64,000 nucleotides of DNA, taken from Eledone cirrhosa. Its lineage: Eukaryota. Shown piece by piece: positions 28,338-42,479 of the stretch (position 1 is its first letter; every line of letters starts with the position of its first letter). The stretch is from contig OZ024750.1 in assembly GCA_964016885.1 (NCBI GenBank), positions 40,548,001 to 40,612,000 on the forward strand. The letters run 5' to 3'. The position numbers were made by a program, and so were the translations under genes. The notes under the pieces are model-generated. The model made no database searches. It was not told the DNA's origin and saw nothing but the letters and a program-made list of their open reading frames with translations.

Positions 28338-29019
28338 AAGAGGGTGTGGTAAGATACCAGGTGGACCATAACGCACCAGAGTACTTAATACTTGGGGTAG
28401 TAGAGTGGGTAATATGAAAAGATTCAGGACCCCGACAGCTGAGTTCCGGCCATTTTGACTGCTAGATTCGAACATTTCGGATCTAGCTGTTGAAATGGCC
28501 AGAGCTCAGCTGTCGAGGTCCTGAATCTTTTCATATATATATATATACATATACATCACCCGGTTTGTGAGTTCAATTCTCAGACCGGGTGATGTGTTGT
28601 TTCCTTGAGCAAGACACTTTATTTCACATTGCCCCAGTTTACTCAGCTGTAGAAATGAGATGATAGGGACTGGGGTCCTATCATTCCACTGCAAAGTGGT
28701 CGTGGAGGTGCCAGTGCAAAAAAGCACCCAGCACTCACTGTAAATGAGGTTGGTGTTAGGAAGGGCATCCAGCTGTAGAACTCAACCCAGAATCAGTTCC
28801 CGTCCCACCCTTGCAAGCAGGGAAAAGCGGACGTAAAATGAAATGATGATGATGATGATATATATATATATATAGTCCAAGGAGACAACAAACAGAGGTA
28901 CAAAAAGTCTTATTAGTTTCATGCTTTATATTGGAAAGAGGAAAGAAAGTTTGATGTGTCAGGCTTAAGCCCTTCTTCGGGAGTACAAATAGAGACAGGA
29001 TCACAATGGAGAAACATAT

Positions 29020-29181
29020 ATATATATATTCTGCTTTTAAATTGTAAATGTCATCTAGTTACCCTACACTTAGGTCTGTATGTAGCTTTAATTGCTAATA
29101 GTTTTACAATGGAGTTAAAAAATGTGTTGAGCACCATCTTAACTAAAGACGATGGTGGTGACATCTGTCGTTCTTTGGAGT
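29020..29181 (+). pseudogene. Partial duplicate of exon 1 and its 5' flank
   Basis: Near-identical to 26435-26596 (ATG at 29109, MELKNVLSTILTKDDGGDICRSLE), then diverges; upstream flank duplicated at about 27810-27890. Confidence 0.85.
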
Positions 29182-29902
29182 ATAGATTTGTCTTTTTTTT
29201 CCTTGACTGCACTTACCCATTCTATGTGTTTTCATGCGTGACTACATATTTTTTGTATGAAGGCACTTTGTGTTTTCATGCGTGACTAATTAAGTCGTTA
29301 GAGTATCAGTACTTGTTCCGGTTCCTTGTGTATTGAGTTCAAACCCCGCAAAGGGTCAACTTTATCTTTATACTTCAGTCTTTCGGGTTCGTTAAATAAA
29401 GTACCAGTTCGACGTGATGGATTGGTCGAATTGTTAAACAGTTGAACAGGATGCCTTCTGGTATCTGACTCTGAGAGTTCAAATCTCGGTTCATTCTCTC
29501 AGGTGTTTCAAGCAGCAGTTAGTATGAGCAATAGAAAGAGACGGGAAACATAACTTCCTTGGTCTGATCTGATAATCGGCTTATTTCCTTTCTTTTATGT
29601 GTTTTTAATATGTCTTTCATATGCGGGGTGAACTGGCAGAGTCTTGAGAACTTCAGAATACTTTGCAGTATTAATTTTGGCTCTCTGTTATCTGAGTTCA
29701 AATCCCGTCGAGGTTAACAGTGTCTTTCATCCTTTTCAGGTCTAGTACTGGGATTCTATCTTTTTCTGGAAGAAATCTCTTTCTCTCTTTATACATGTAT
29801 ATATATGATGATGATGATGATGATGATGATATATGTGTGTGTGTGTACATACACACCAGCATATTATATTCATAAAAATAGATACGTACATATGCCCATA
29901 TA

Positions 29903-30344
29903 CAGGGTGTTTCAAAAAATTTGATATCAATGGCCTGTTCCCAAGATTGTCACATTGAAATATATATTGTGAATTAATGTTATAACGTGGACATGTTTTG
30001 AGGAATAAATCTTGTGTTACTCAACATGGAGCCTGCATAGTCTCGTTGTCCTAGACCTTGTACTTTCTTGGATATTTACATCTCAAATGATATTAAATTT
30101 TTTGATGATATTAAATTTTTTGATGATATTAAATTTTTTGATAATATTAAATTTTTTGATGATATTAAATTTGTTGATAATATTAAATTTGTTGATGATA
30201 TTAAATTTTTTGATGATATTAAATTTTTGATGATATTAAATTGTTTGATAATATTAAATTTTTTGATGATATAAAATTTTTTGATATTAAATTTTTTGAT
30301 GATATTAAATTTGTTGATAATATTAAATTTTTTGAAACACCCTG
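29903..30344. mobile_element. Tc1/mariner-type MITE with an internal 18-bp tandem array
   Basis: TA-CAGGGTGTTTCAAAAAAT...TTTTTTGAAACACCCTG-TA. Confidence 0.85.
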
Positions 30345-30699
30345 TATATATATAAGCAGAATGAATGGAGAAGGCAATACATTTAAAAACAAACTTTACA
30401 TCTTACACAGTGTTTCACAATTTTTTCTTTCTCCTCTCTTATGATACATGTCTCTTCTTTATATATATATGTATGGACCGAGACCTTTGGCGGTACTCAG
30501 TAATAGAGGAGACCCGCCTTACCTAAAATACAAAGTAAAACCTACTACAGTCAGTAGGCATCTCTAACAAAATACACCCCCGTCCCCCCACCCCCCACCC
30601 CATCCACACCGTCCCTTTCAATGTAAAATTATGTTGGTGCCACAACATCCAGGCCGAAACAAATGAGATCGTGTAGGTGTCACGACAAAAAAAAAACAC

Positions 30700-31490
30700 A
30701 CAGTCCACGCTGTAATGTGGCTGTGTAGGCAACACGGTAAAAACCTCCCAGTCCCACACTGTAAATGTGGTTGGTGTTAGGAAGGGCATCCAGCTGTAGA
30801 AAACCCGCCAGACAGTCCACGCTGTAATGTGGCCGTGTAGGCAACACGGTAAAAACCTCCCAGCCCCACACTGTAAATGTGGTTGGTGTTAGGAAGGGCA
30901 TCCAGCTGTAGAAAACCCGCCAGACAGTCCACGCTGTAATGTGGCCGTGTAGGCAACACGGTAAAAACCTCCCAGCCCCACACTGTAAATGTGGTTGGTG
31001 TTAGGAAGGGCATCCAGCTGTAGAAAACCCGCCAGACAGTCCACGGTGTAATGTGGCCGTGTAGGCAACACGGTAAAAACCTCCCAGCCCCACACTGTAA
31101 ATGTGGTTGGTGTTAGGAAGGGCATCCAGCTGTAGAAAACCCGCCAGATAGTCCACGCTGTAATGTGGCCGTGTAGGCAACACGGTAAAAACCTCCCAGC
31201 CCCACACTGTAAATGTGGTTGGTGTTAGGAAGGGCATCCAGCTGTAGAAAACCCGCCAGACAGTCCACGGTGTAATGTGGCCGTGTAGGCAACACGGTAA
31301 AAACCTCCCAGCCCCACACTGTAAATGTGGTTGGTGTTAGGAAGGGCATCCAGCTGTAGAAAACCCGCCAGACAGTCCACGCTGTAATGTGGTCGTGTAG
31401 GCAACACGGTAAAAACCTCCCAGCCCCACACTGTAAATGTGGTTGGTGTTAGGAAGGGCATCCAACTGTAGAAAACCCGCCAGACAGTCC
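30700..31490. repeat. 112-bp tandem repeat x7 derived from a family B SINE
   Basis: ORFs recur at a 112-bp period; each unit contains ggaagggcatccagctgtagaaa; the SINE tail follows at 31490-31590. Confidence 0.9.
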
Positions 31491-31657
31491 TATGCGAGCA
31501 AGACAACCACTCTTGCCTCAAGTGGGAAAACTCCCGTCCAAACCCATGCAAGCGTGGAACATGGACGTTAAATGATGATGATGATGATGTATATATATAT
31601 ATGCGTGTGTGTGTGTTAACACATTTACACACTTAGGAATACATCCAAACTCACATA

Positions 31658-32175
31658 TACGAGGTACACTCAATGAGGTTTTGAGACTTTTATCAGAGAC
31701 ATTCATCTAACTCAGATCAACATAAAACTCTAGACTCCCTCAAAGTAGGACCCTACAATGTCGATCACTTGTTATAGCACTCCACCCACTTCTGGATAAC
31801 CTTCTTGTAGTCCTCCAAAGTGAAGGTGTCCAGGGCGATTGTCGCAGCCTCCTCCACATCCTCAAAATGGATAACCCTGAACTTCTTCAGCTTCAGGCAC
31901 ATCCAGAAATCACATGAGGCTAGGTCTGGGCTGTAGAGAAGTTGAGGGACAGTCTTGATCCCCAGATCAGCCAAATAGTTGGTCACCAGGAGGTATTGTC
32001 CTGGTGCTGGTGCCACTGACCAGACGTGAACAGTTCTAGTCTCTTGTGACGAAATCTCTTTCTGAACTAACTACTTCAAAACCTCTACATAATACTTTTT
32101 TGTTGACTGTCTGATTGCGGGGGACCCAGTGGATGTAGATGATGCCCTGGCTGTCGAAGAATGGGATCACCATGA
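31658..32175 (-). pseudogene. Mariner transposase 3' fragment
   Basis: GIKTVPQLLYSPDLASCDFW..KLK; TIR-like tacgagg at 31658. Confidence 0.8.
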
Positions 32176-32467
32176 AACAAAGATAGCTATATACATTTCA
32201 AACCAACTATAGATCTACATATCCATTGAACCTGCTAGAAGTAGAAGACAAAATTCCCTCAAACCACACCATGCCAAATACAAAAACAAAAGCAAGGACA
32301 CATTAGATAATGTTGTCCTGAATAAATTGACTGAAATCAAAGCCGGACTTTCACCCACTGTAGCCCTAAGCTATATAAAATTTGAAGCCCATCTAAAACA
32401 ATTCGGGTAAGAAAATTAAAAAATAATTATACGTAATTATTAATGATAAAGAATATATATATATACA

Positions 32468-32820
32468 TGGAGGCACATTGCTTAGTGGTTAGAGCATTGT
32501 CCTTGCAATCGAAAGGTTGTGAGTTCAATTCTCAGACCGGGTGCTGTGTTGTTTCCTTGAGCAAGACACTTTATTTCACATTGCTCCAGTTTACTCAGCT
32601 GTAGAAATGAGATGATAGGGACAGGGGTCCCTATCATTCCACTGCAAAGTGGTCGTGGAGGTGCCACGGCAAAAAAAGCACCCAGCACTCACTGTAAATG
32701 AGGTTGGTGTTAGGAAGGGCATCCAGCTGTAGAAATCAAGCCAGAATCAATTCCCGTCCCACCCTTGCAAGCAGGGAAAAAGCGGACGTAAAGTGAAATG
32801 ATGAAATGAATGATGATGAT
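32468..32820 (+). mobile_element. Family B SINE, full length
   Basis: Matches 23120-23466; ends in gatgatgat. Confidence 0.85.
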
Positions 32821-33210
32821 ATATAATATATATATATATATATAAAGATTTACATATACATAAAGTCACAGATCTATATGTAGCAACCGTTCACGATGTG
32901 ACTCAATGAAGAATTAATAAATTAAATAATCAGAGCAATATATCATAAATTATGTCCATAAATAGTGTATATATAGGAAATAGTGTATATATTTTATCAA
33001 ATGATTCTATGGACATAATTTATGATATATATATATATATATATATATTTGAGGTCAAATACCAATCCTACTAGCATCTACAAACTGACCAATGAGAATT
33101 AAGATATTCCTGCTGACAACATTAAATTATCCTTAACAAGCTCATATGTCCCAAGGATCTAAAACCATCAACACCAAAAACCCAGAGCTGGCATATCTAA
33201 GAACTTACTA

Positions 33211-33266
33211 ACTGCCTGATGAGGTCATAGCCATACAATGGCTATCATCGAAATATATATAGCAGT
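33211..33266 (+). ncRNA. Minimal type I hammerhead ribozyme
   Basis: ACTGC-CTGATGA-GGTcATAGCCAT aca ATGGCTATcATC-GAAA-TATATA-TA-GCAGT followed by AATAAA. Confidence 0.88.
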
Positions 33267-34329
33267 AAATAAAGGATTATGAGTTCATGCAATTGACTTA
33301 TGTTTCGTCACTACATATATATATATATGTGTGTGTGTGTGTGATTCAGTGAATTACTGGTGGTAGTACCAATATGAGCACTCAATACACAGGCAGAGTG
33401 TATATATTAAGAAAAACGGTTTTGATTATTTAGTGTCAAAGAATAAAATCTAATGATAAAATATAAATATATATTAAAAATGAGGCCCCTCAGGGTGTGA
33501 GGCCCCTGAGGGTGTGAGGCTCTAAACAATAGCTTATTTAGCTTACAGGTATGTCCAGTACTGCTGAAAATAGTATGTGATGTTCATGATTGAAATGCTG
33601 TCATTGTTGGTTTACTTGAGAGGTTCTTAAAATGGGCGCTACCACCCTCCAGGGGGCGTTGAGAAGGTCCACTTTGGGAACCTCTGGTTTATGTGAAAGA
33701 GTTTTTGGAAACAACGGCAAATCCTTTTCATCAGATTTTCCTTCATTCATTACCATATTTTCCGTCGTCGAAAATCAATGCTTAAAATAAAAATAATTGT
33801 TTTTACTATAGGCACAAGGCTAGCAATTATCTCAGTGTATTACTGGTACTTTATTTCATCGACCCCGTAAGGATGAAAGGCAAAGTTAACCTCAGCGGGA
33901 TTTGAACTCAGATCACAAAGGGCCGTAACTCTTTGTTGCAAATCAGGGCGTCCGACCCTCTACCGATACTGCCAAGCATAATGTCCTGGTACTTCGTGTC
34001 TTGTTTCCTAATTTTTATGATATTTTGTTTATTTACTACTTTAACTGTAATTTATACACTTCATTAATGGATCGCACACATGACATAATGACCATTATAT
34101 TTTATTCGGCAAAGGTCGTCTATTGAAATGGAACCAGCAGGAGGGAACTTTCACAATACCTTTCTAAAACACTCCACAAACACCCCAACACCTTCCAATT
34201 CCACTCTGAATAAGTTATCTTGCCTTTACCATTCACTACTTTCTTTCACCTCTTGTATGTATATATATATGGTTTAATTCCCCCCCCCCCCCCCCCCCCC
34301 CCCCGACACACAACCAAATAAATCTCTTA

Positions 34330-34496
34330 CTGTATTTCCCGGCGTAGAAGACGCTACTTTTTTCCCTAAAATAAGTCTCAAATCAACCATGCGTCCTGGA
34401 GGCCGAAGGTTGTTGATTATTATTTTTCAAATTTTTGGTTGTCAAAATTAGGGTGCGTCCTCAAGGACGAAGTGTCTTCGGCGCCGAGAAATACGG
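34330..34496. mobile_element. pogo/Tc2-type MITE
   Basis: TA-CTGTATTTCCCGGCG..GAAGAC...GTCTTC..CGCCGAGAAATACGG-TA. Confidence 0.75.
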
Positions 34497-34821
34497 TATA
34501 TATATAGAGTCACACATCACAGCACAACCGGAGATCAGTTTGACAATCGCCACCGACGAATGCGAGAAAGTTCACCAGGAAAGTTAACCAGGAATCTTTT
34601 AAAAATCTTCCCACCGAAGTTAGCAAAGAACTTACTAGATCTACCAAATCATAATATTATAATATTATAAAATTAAATCAAATTGTTTAGAACTACGAGT
34701 GAAGTCATTCTTTTCCTTTTTTCAAACACACACACACACACACACACATATGTATGCATGTTTGTGTGTGCGTGTGTGTATATATATCTATGTGTATGTG
34801 TGTGTGTATATATATATATAT

Positions 34822-35169
34822 CATCATTTCATCATCATTTCATTTTACGTCCACTTTTTCCCTGCTTGCAAGGGTGGGACGGGAACTGATTCTGGCCTGA
34901 TTTCTACAGCTGGATGCCCTTCCTAACACCAACCTCATTTACAGTGAGTGCTGGGTGCTTTTTTTTGCCGTGGCACCTCCACGACCACTTTGCAGTGGAA
35001 TGATAGGGACCCCAGTCCCTATCATCTCATTTCTACAGCTGAGTGAACTGGAGCAATGTGAAATAAAGTGTCTTGCTCAAGGACACAACACATCACCCGC
35101 TCTGAGAATTGAACTCACAACCTTTCGATTGCAAGACCAATGCTCTAACCACTAAGCCATGTGCCTCCA
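34822..35169 (-). mobile_element. Family B SINE, full length
   Basis: Reverse complement of the 32468 copy. Confidence 0.85.
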
Positions 35170-35365
35170 TATATATATGGGTAAATATTCTATAGTGGTT
35201 GACCACGAATGGATGGCTGTAGTTTATTTATCTACTATTTCTTCATAGGTGCCTTTTAATCTTATAGCTTGGTTTAATTGGTTTTTTGTGTGGTTGATTA
35301 TGCTAATTGGGAGAGGAAATGGTGTATATATATACTATCAAATGATTCTATGGACATACTTTATA

Positions 35366-35431
<66 letters not shown>

Positions 35432-36087
35432 AGGCATGTTTGTGTGTGTGTATAAATATATATACTGTATTTATTAGGCTCTGAGGATTCCTGCCAAAAG
35501 GTGACGATGAAACATTGTAAGTGAGTATGTAAGCATTCTTTGGTTTCTTTTGCATATATATGTAAATATGCATGTTTGTGTGTGCTCATGTGTATGTGTC
35601 TGTATATATATATATGTGTATGTGTGTGTGTGTATTAATATCCGTTGTGTTCATTTGACTTGACTTCAAATTCCCACCATAAGTTGTTCACGTGTTCTCA
35701 CATGTTCTAGTGTCTGTTGCATATCAATATCCGCCCCCTCTCTGGATGACAGCTGTTAATATTAATAGAAGTGGGAGGTTGGTGGATTGACAGAATTGCT
35801 AGAACGTCGGATAAAATGGCATTACCGTATTTGTTCTCACCCTCTGCATTTTTTAAGTAGTTCAAATTTCGACGAGGTCAACCTTGCTTTCATATTCCGG
35901 TGTTGATGGAAGAGGCTATGTAGCCGGTCCCCGTAAAAGAGACTCCTCCCAAGCTATGTAGCCGGTAAGAGTGTCAGACACCAGAGTTATGGCCCAAGTT
36001 AAGACAATTGTTGAGACAATTTGAAATCTTTTCCACCATCAAGTGTTAAAAAACAAGTTAAGATTATTTAGTCGTCCACTTTAGGTA

Positions 36088-38810
36088 ACACACACATCTA
36101 CAGGTAAATATATAGACATGTAGAGACAAGAGAGGTGTAAACCTACATATACACACATCTACAGGTAAATATATAGACATGTAGAGACAAGAGAGGTGTA
36201 AACCTACATATACACACATCTACAGGTAAATATATAGACATGTAGAGACAAGAGAGGTGTAAACCTACATATACACACATCTACAGGTAAATATATAGGC
36301 AGATAGAGACAAGAGAGGTGTAAACCTACATATACACACATCTACAGGTAAATATATAGGCAGATAGAGACAAGAGAGGTGTAAACCTACATATACACAC
36401 ATCTACAGGTAAATATATAGACAGATAGAAACAAGAGAGGTGTAAACCTACATATACACACATCTACAGGTAAATATATAGACAGATAGAGACAAGAGGG
36501 GTGTAAACCTACATATACACACATCTACAGGTAAATATATAGACAGATAGAGACAAGAGGGGTGTAAACCTACATATACACACATCTACAGGTAAATATA
36601 TAGACAGATAGAGACAAGAGAGGTGTAAACCTACATATACACACATCTACAGGTAAATATATAGACAGATAGAAACAAGAGAGGTGTAAACCTACATATA
36701 CACACATCTACAGGTAAATATATAGACAGATAGAGACAAGAGGGGTGTAAACCTACATATACACACATCTACAGGTAAATATATAGACATGTAGAGACAA
36801 GAGAGGTGTAAACCTACATATACACACATCTACAGGTAAATATATAGACAGATAGAGACAAGAGAGGTGTAAACCTACATATACACACATCTACAGGTAA
36901 ATATATAGACAGATAGAAACAAGAGAGGTGTAAACTTACATATACACACATCTACAGGTAAATATATAGACAGATAGAGACAAGAGGGGTGTAAACCTAC
37001 ATATACACACATCTACAGGTAAATATATAGACATGTAGAGACAAGAGAGGTGTAAACCTACATATACACACATCTACAGGTAAATATATAGACAGATAGA
37101 GACAAGAGAGGTGTAAACCTACATATACACACATCTACAGGTAAATATATAGACAGATAGAAACAAGAGAGGTGTAAACTTACATATACACACATCTACA
37201 GGTAAATATATAGACAGATAGAGACAAGAGGGGTGTAAACCTACATATACACACATCTACAGGTAAATATATAGACAGATAGAGACAAGAGGGGTGTAAA
37301 CCTACATATACACACATCTACAGGTAAATATATAGACAGATAGAGACAAGAGAGGTGTAAACCTACATATACACACATCTACAGGTAAATATATAGACAG
37401 ATAGAAACAAGAGAGGTGTAAACCTACATATACACACATCTACAGGTAAATATATAGACAGATAGAGACAAGAGGGGTGTAAACCTACATATACACACAT
37501 CTACAGGTAAATATATAGACATGTAGAGACAAGAGAGGTGTAAACCTACATGTACACACATCTACAGGTAAATATATAGACAGATAGAGACAAGAGAGGT
37601 GTAAACCTACATATACACACATCTACAGGTAAATATATAGACAGATAGAAACAAGAGAGGTGTAAAACTACATATATACACATCTACAGGTAAATATATA
37701 GACAGGTAGAGACAAGAGAGGTGTAAACCTACATATACACATCTACAGGTAAATATATAGACAGGTAGAGACAAGAGAGGTGTAAACCTACATATACACA
37801 CATCTACAGGTAAATATATAGACAGATAGAGACAAGAGAGGTGTAAACCTACATATACACACATCTACAGGTAAATATATAGACAGATAGAAACAAGAGA
37901 GGTGTAAACTTACATATACACACATCTACAGGTAAATATATAGACAGATAGAGACAAGAGGGGTGTAAACCTACATATACACACATCTACAGGTAAATAT
38001 ATAGACAGATAGAGACAAGAGGGGTGTAAACCTACATATACACACATCTACAGGTAAATATATAGACAGATAGAGACAAGAGAGGTGTAAACCTACATAT
38101 ACACACATCTACAGGTAAATATATAGACAGATAGAAACAAGAGAGGTGTAAACCTACATATACACACATCTACAGGTAAATATATAGACAGATAGAGACA
38201 AGAGGGGTGTAAACCTACATATACACACATCTACAGGTAAATATATAGACATGTAGAGACAAGAGAGGTGTAAACCTACATGTACACACATCTACAGGTA
38301 AATATATAGACAGATAGAGACAAGAGAGGTGTAAACCTACATATACACACATCTACAGGTAAATATATAGACAGATAGAAACAAGAGAGGTGTAAAACTA
38401 CATATATACACATCTACAGGTAAATATATAGACAGGTAGAGACAAGAGAGGTGTAAACCTACATATACACATCTACAGGTAAATATATAGACAGGTAGAG
38501 ACAAGAGAGGTGTAAACCTACATATACACACATCTACAGGTAAATATATAGACATGTAGAGACAAGAGAGGTGTAAACCTACATATATATACACATCTAC
38601 AGGTAAATATATAGGCAGATAGAGACAAGAGAGGTGTAAACCTACATATATACACATCTACAGGTAAATATATAGACAGATAGAAACAAGAGAGGTGTAA
38701 ACCTACATATACACACATCTACAGGTAGATATATAGACAGATAGAGACAAGAGAGGTGTAAACCTACATATATACACATCTTCAGGTAAATATATAGACA
38801 GATAGCGACA
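36088..38810. repeat. 61-bp minisatellite, about 45 copies, in intron 1
   Basis: Unit acacacatctacaggtaaatatatagacagatagagacaagagaggtgtaaacctacatat; the pattern shifts 1 nt per 60-nt line. Confidence 0.95.
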
Positions 38811-39653
38811 ACACTAGTACCCCCCACCCCCACATATCTACTCGTAAATACATAAACAGATGCAGACAACGGAACGAAGGGGCTGGTGAAACACTATAGC
38901 GATGTGTGTTGCATCCCTTTAGGGTTTACCGGCTACATAGCCTATTCGATAAAATAAAGTACCAGTGAAATACTGGCACTAGTTTAATCAACTTTTGTAG
39001 GACTACAAATTTGCTGACCTTATGCCTAAATCAGAAATCAGTGACAACTGGGAGGTGAGAGCAAATGGCAGAACACCAAACTGGGGGGTGAGAGCAAACG
39101 ACAGAACACTAAACTAAATGTTTTAAACTATTGAGTTTCATCTTTCTGCATTCTGTTAAAGTTAATATATGTCATACTTAATGTGTATGTGTGCGACAGC
39201 TCACACCTATGCAGTTTTAGCTGGCCTCTTCCAAGGTATATCTCGGTGGAGGTGTCTTGGATGGTTTTAATGATAGGGACTCCAGTCCAGTCCCTATCAT
39301 CTCATTTCTACAGCTGAGTAAACTGGAGCAACGTGAAATAAAGTGTCTTGCTCAAGGAAACAACACATCACCCGGTCCGAGAATTGAACTCACAACCTTT
39401 CGGTTGCAAGCCCAATGCACTAACCACTAAGCCAATAACCTTCACCATACTTAATAGGAACAATTGACTATATAACTTCCTCTATGGTATGTGTATGAAG
39501 TGCACATGACCAAATGTTTAAGAAGCTGACTTCGCAATCATAAACCTCCAGGTTCGATCCTACTGGGTGGAATCTTGCAGAAGTGTCATTGACTATAGCT
39601 TCGGGTCTACCCATGTCTTGTGAATGAAATTATTCCATTAGTTCTTCATGGAA

Positions 39654-40397
39654 CATTGGCCTAGAGAGATCTCTGTTCCACTCAGTTGCAAGCCTGGTGT
39701 GGGGGACTGTTCCCAGCATTGGCCTAGAAAGATCTCTGTTCCACTCGGTTGCAAGCCTGGTGTGGGGACTGTTCCCAGCATTGGCCTAGAGAGATCTCTG
39801 TTCCACTCGGTTGCAAGCCTGGTGTGGGGACTGTTCCCAGCATTGGCCTAGAGAGATCTCTGTTCCACTCGGTTGCAAGCCTGGTGTGGGGACTGTTCCC
39901 AGCATTGGCCTAGAAAGATCTCTGTTCCACTCAGTTGCAAGCCTGGTGTGGGGACTGTTCCCAGCATTGGCCTAGAAAGATCTCTGTTCCACTCAGTTGC
40001 AAGCCTGGTGTGGGGACTGTTCCCAGCATTGGCCTAGAGAGATCTCTGTTCCACTCAGTTGCAAGCCTGGTGTGGGGACTGTTCCCAGCATTGGCCTAGA
40101 GAGATCTCTGTTCCACTCAGTTGCAAGCCTGGTGTGGGGACTGTTCCCAGCATTGGCCTAGAGAGATCTCTGTTCCACTCAGTTGCAAGCCTGGTGTGGG
40201 GACTGTTCCCAGCATTGGCCTAGAAAGATCTCTGTTCCACTCAGTTGCAAGCCTGGTGTGGGGCCTGTTCCCAGCATTGGCCTAGAGAGATCTCTGTTCC
40301 ACTCAGTTGCAAGCCTGGTGTGGGGACTGTTCCCAACATTGGCCTAGAGAGATCTCTGTTCCACTCAGTTGCAAGCCTGGTGTGGGGACTGTTCCCA
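39654..40397. repeat. 62-bp minisatellite x12
   Basis: Unit cattggcctagagagatctctgttccactcagttgcaagcctggtgtggggactgttcccag. Confidence 0.95.
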
Positions 40398-41806
40398 GGC
40401 CGACTATCTGCTCCTTGCTCTATGTTGAAATTTTTGATCAATGGAGATAAGGTTGCTAGTCTCGCCTTCCACCCTTTCTCTCGGAGTGAAATTAGATAAA
40501 CAGCAATTGTTTAGACACCCATCGAATAGACTCTACCTGTAATTCCAGAATCTTTCTCAGAACTAAGTTAAGGGTACAGGTGTTTTGGTGGAATGCTCAT
40601 AATTCTGGAACCTTGCTCATAGAGATGTTTTGGTGGAATGCTCATAATTCCAGAACCTTCTTCATACCGGTGTTTTTGTCGAATGCTCAGACACTTGCAC
40701 TTTAATTTTATGAGCATACCGTTCTGACTCCAAATCCCACCCAAATCAACTTTGCCTCCCATCTCCCATCTTTCCGGTGTCGAATATATACAGTACCAGT
40801 AAAGTACTGGGGTCGATTTAATCATCCCCCCCCCCCTCCACAAATTTGCTGGCCTTGTGCCTAAATTAGAAATAATTAAATGGCTGTGGGATGGCAGAAT
40901 CGTTAGAACGTCAGACAAATACTTAACATTGGTAGAGAGTCGGACGCCATGCTTTGAAGCATAGAGTTGCGTCACTTTACGGTCTGAGTTCAAATCCCGC
41001 CGAGGTTAACTTTGCCTTTCATCCTTACGGGGTCGATAAAATAAAGTACCAGTAATACACTGGGATAATTGCTGGCCTTGTGCCAAAAGTAGAAACAATT
41101 CTTAGTTCTGGCTCTTTATGTTCTGAGTTCAAATCCCGCCCAGTCAACTTTGAATTCCATCCTTCCGGGGTCGATAAATAAAGTAGAAATCAATTAGTTT
41201 AGTATGATCGATATTCTGATCCGCTCCAAATTGCTGCCCTTGTGCCATAATTAGAAACAATTATGAATTCTGGGTAAAACAACAACAACAAAAACAACAA
41301 CAACAAAACATAAATAATTGTTTCTACTTTAGACACAAGGCCAACAATTTGAAGGGGGGAGGGTCGATTAAATTGACTCCAGTACGTTACTGGTACTTTA
41401 TTTTATCGACCCCCGTAAGGATGAAAGGCAAAGCTAACCTCGGAGAGATTTGAAATCAGAACGTAAAGGGATGCAATTCTATGCCGCGAAGCATTTGGTC
41501 CGACACTCCACCGATTCTGCCAATCCACAACAAAAAACAAATAATAAAAACAAACGTGTAGGCGCCACGAAAAAGCACCCAGCACTCACTGTAAATGAGG
41601 TTGGTGTTAGGAAGGGCATCCAGCTGTAGAAATCAAGCCAGAATCAGTTCCTGTATGAGCAAGGCATGGTCAGCCGACCAGACACTGCCCACAACAGGAC
41701 AACCCGTCTAACCCATGCTAGCGTGGAAGAACGGACGTAAAACGGTGATGATGATGATGATGAAACCTTTCTGCTCAATTGTAAATTTTTTCAATTTTAT
41801 TTTCAG

Positions 41807-42011
41807 AACTTCTGGAAATGCGGCATATATTCTTGGAATTTTGGCAGAAAGTGATCAAGGTTTTGAAAGAATTTACTCCATTGGAAATAAAAGATCCTCC
41901 TTAGAATCATTGGACAATGGCAGAACTCTGATTGTGGATTCTTTGGTCCGTTTACTGGCTTCAAGTGACTCTGAGAATGTACTGAATGCCTCGGGTACTT
42001 TAGGAATTTTG
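41807..42011 (+). CDS. ARM-repeat protein exon 2 (TSGNAAYILGILAES...VLNASGTLGIL)
   Basis: Acceptor ttttattttcAG, donor TTG|GTGAGT, phase 2 in and 0 out; ARM helix-3-like motifs NAAYILGILA and NASGTLGIL. Confidence 0.92.
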
Positions 42012-42027
42012 GTGAGTTGCTTTATCG

Positions 42028-42375
42028 ATACTTTTTTGATTTCCATGTGTCTAACACACGTGGGCATGCCCACAAAGTCAGAAAACAGCACAGTTCCAAT
42101 GACTTTCGGAAACATTTTTTCATGCTCAGAGTTGCTGAAGCATGGAACAAACTACCTGCATCAGTTGTTAGCTGTTGAGACACTGCATCCTTTAAAACCT
42201 CCATGCTTCCTGAGATTCGCCAACACTACACCTAATATTCCCCCTCCATACACATACACACATGTATATCATGACTCATACACTATTCACTTCCCTGACA
42301 TTTGTATATTATTCTATGTACTATACATGCACCTGAGCACTTTACACAATAATTTCATTATTATTATTATTATTA
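42028..42375 (+). mobile_element. CR1/L2-type LINE 3' end
   Basis: TRGH..KVRKQHS..FRKHFF.LRVAEAWNKLPASVV motif, 3' UTR and (ATT)n tail. Confidence 0.8.
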
Positions 42376-42432
42376 TATAAAGTACCAGTAATGTACTGGG
42401 TAATTGCTGGCCTTGTGCCAAAAGTAGAAACA

Positions 42433-42479
<47 letters not shown>

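Noticed and set aside
35478-35524. Hammerhead-like CTGAGGA...GAAA-CATTG-TA (similar cases at about 1770-1810 and 22975-23020)
   Set aside because: Stems or core too degraded to call; possibly old remnants.
41715-42380. 221-aa ORF as a single CDS
   Set aside because: A chance read-through of a SINE tail, real exon 2 and an out-of-frame LINE fragment.
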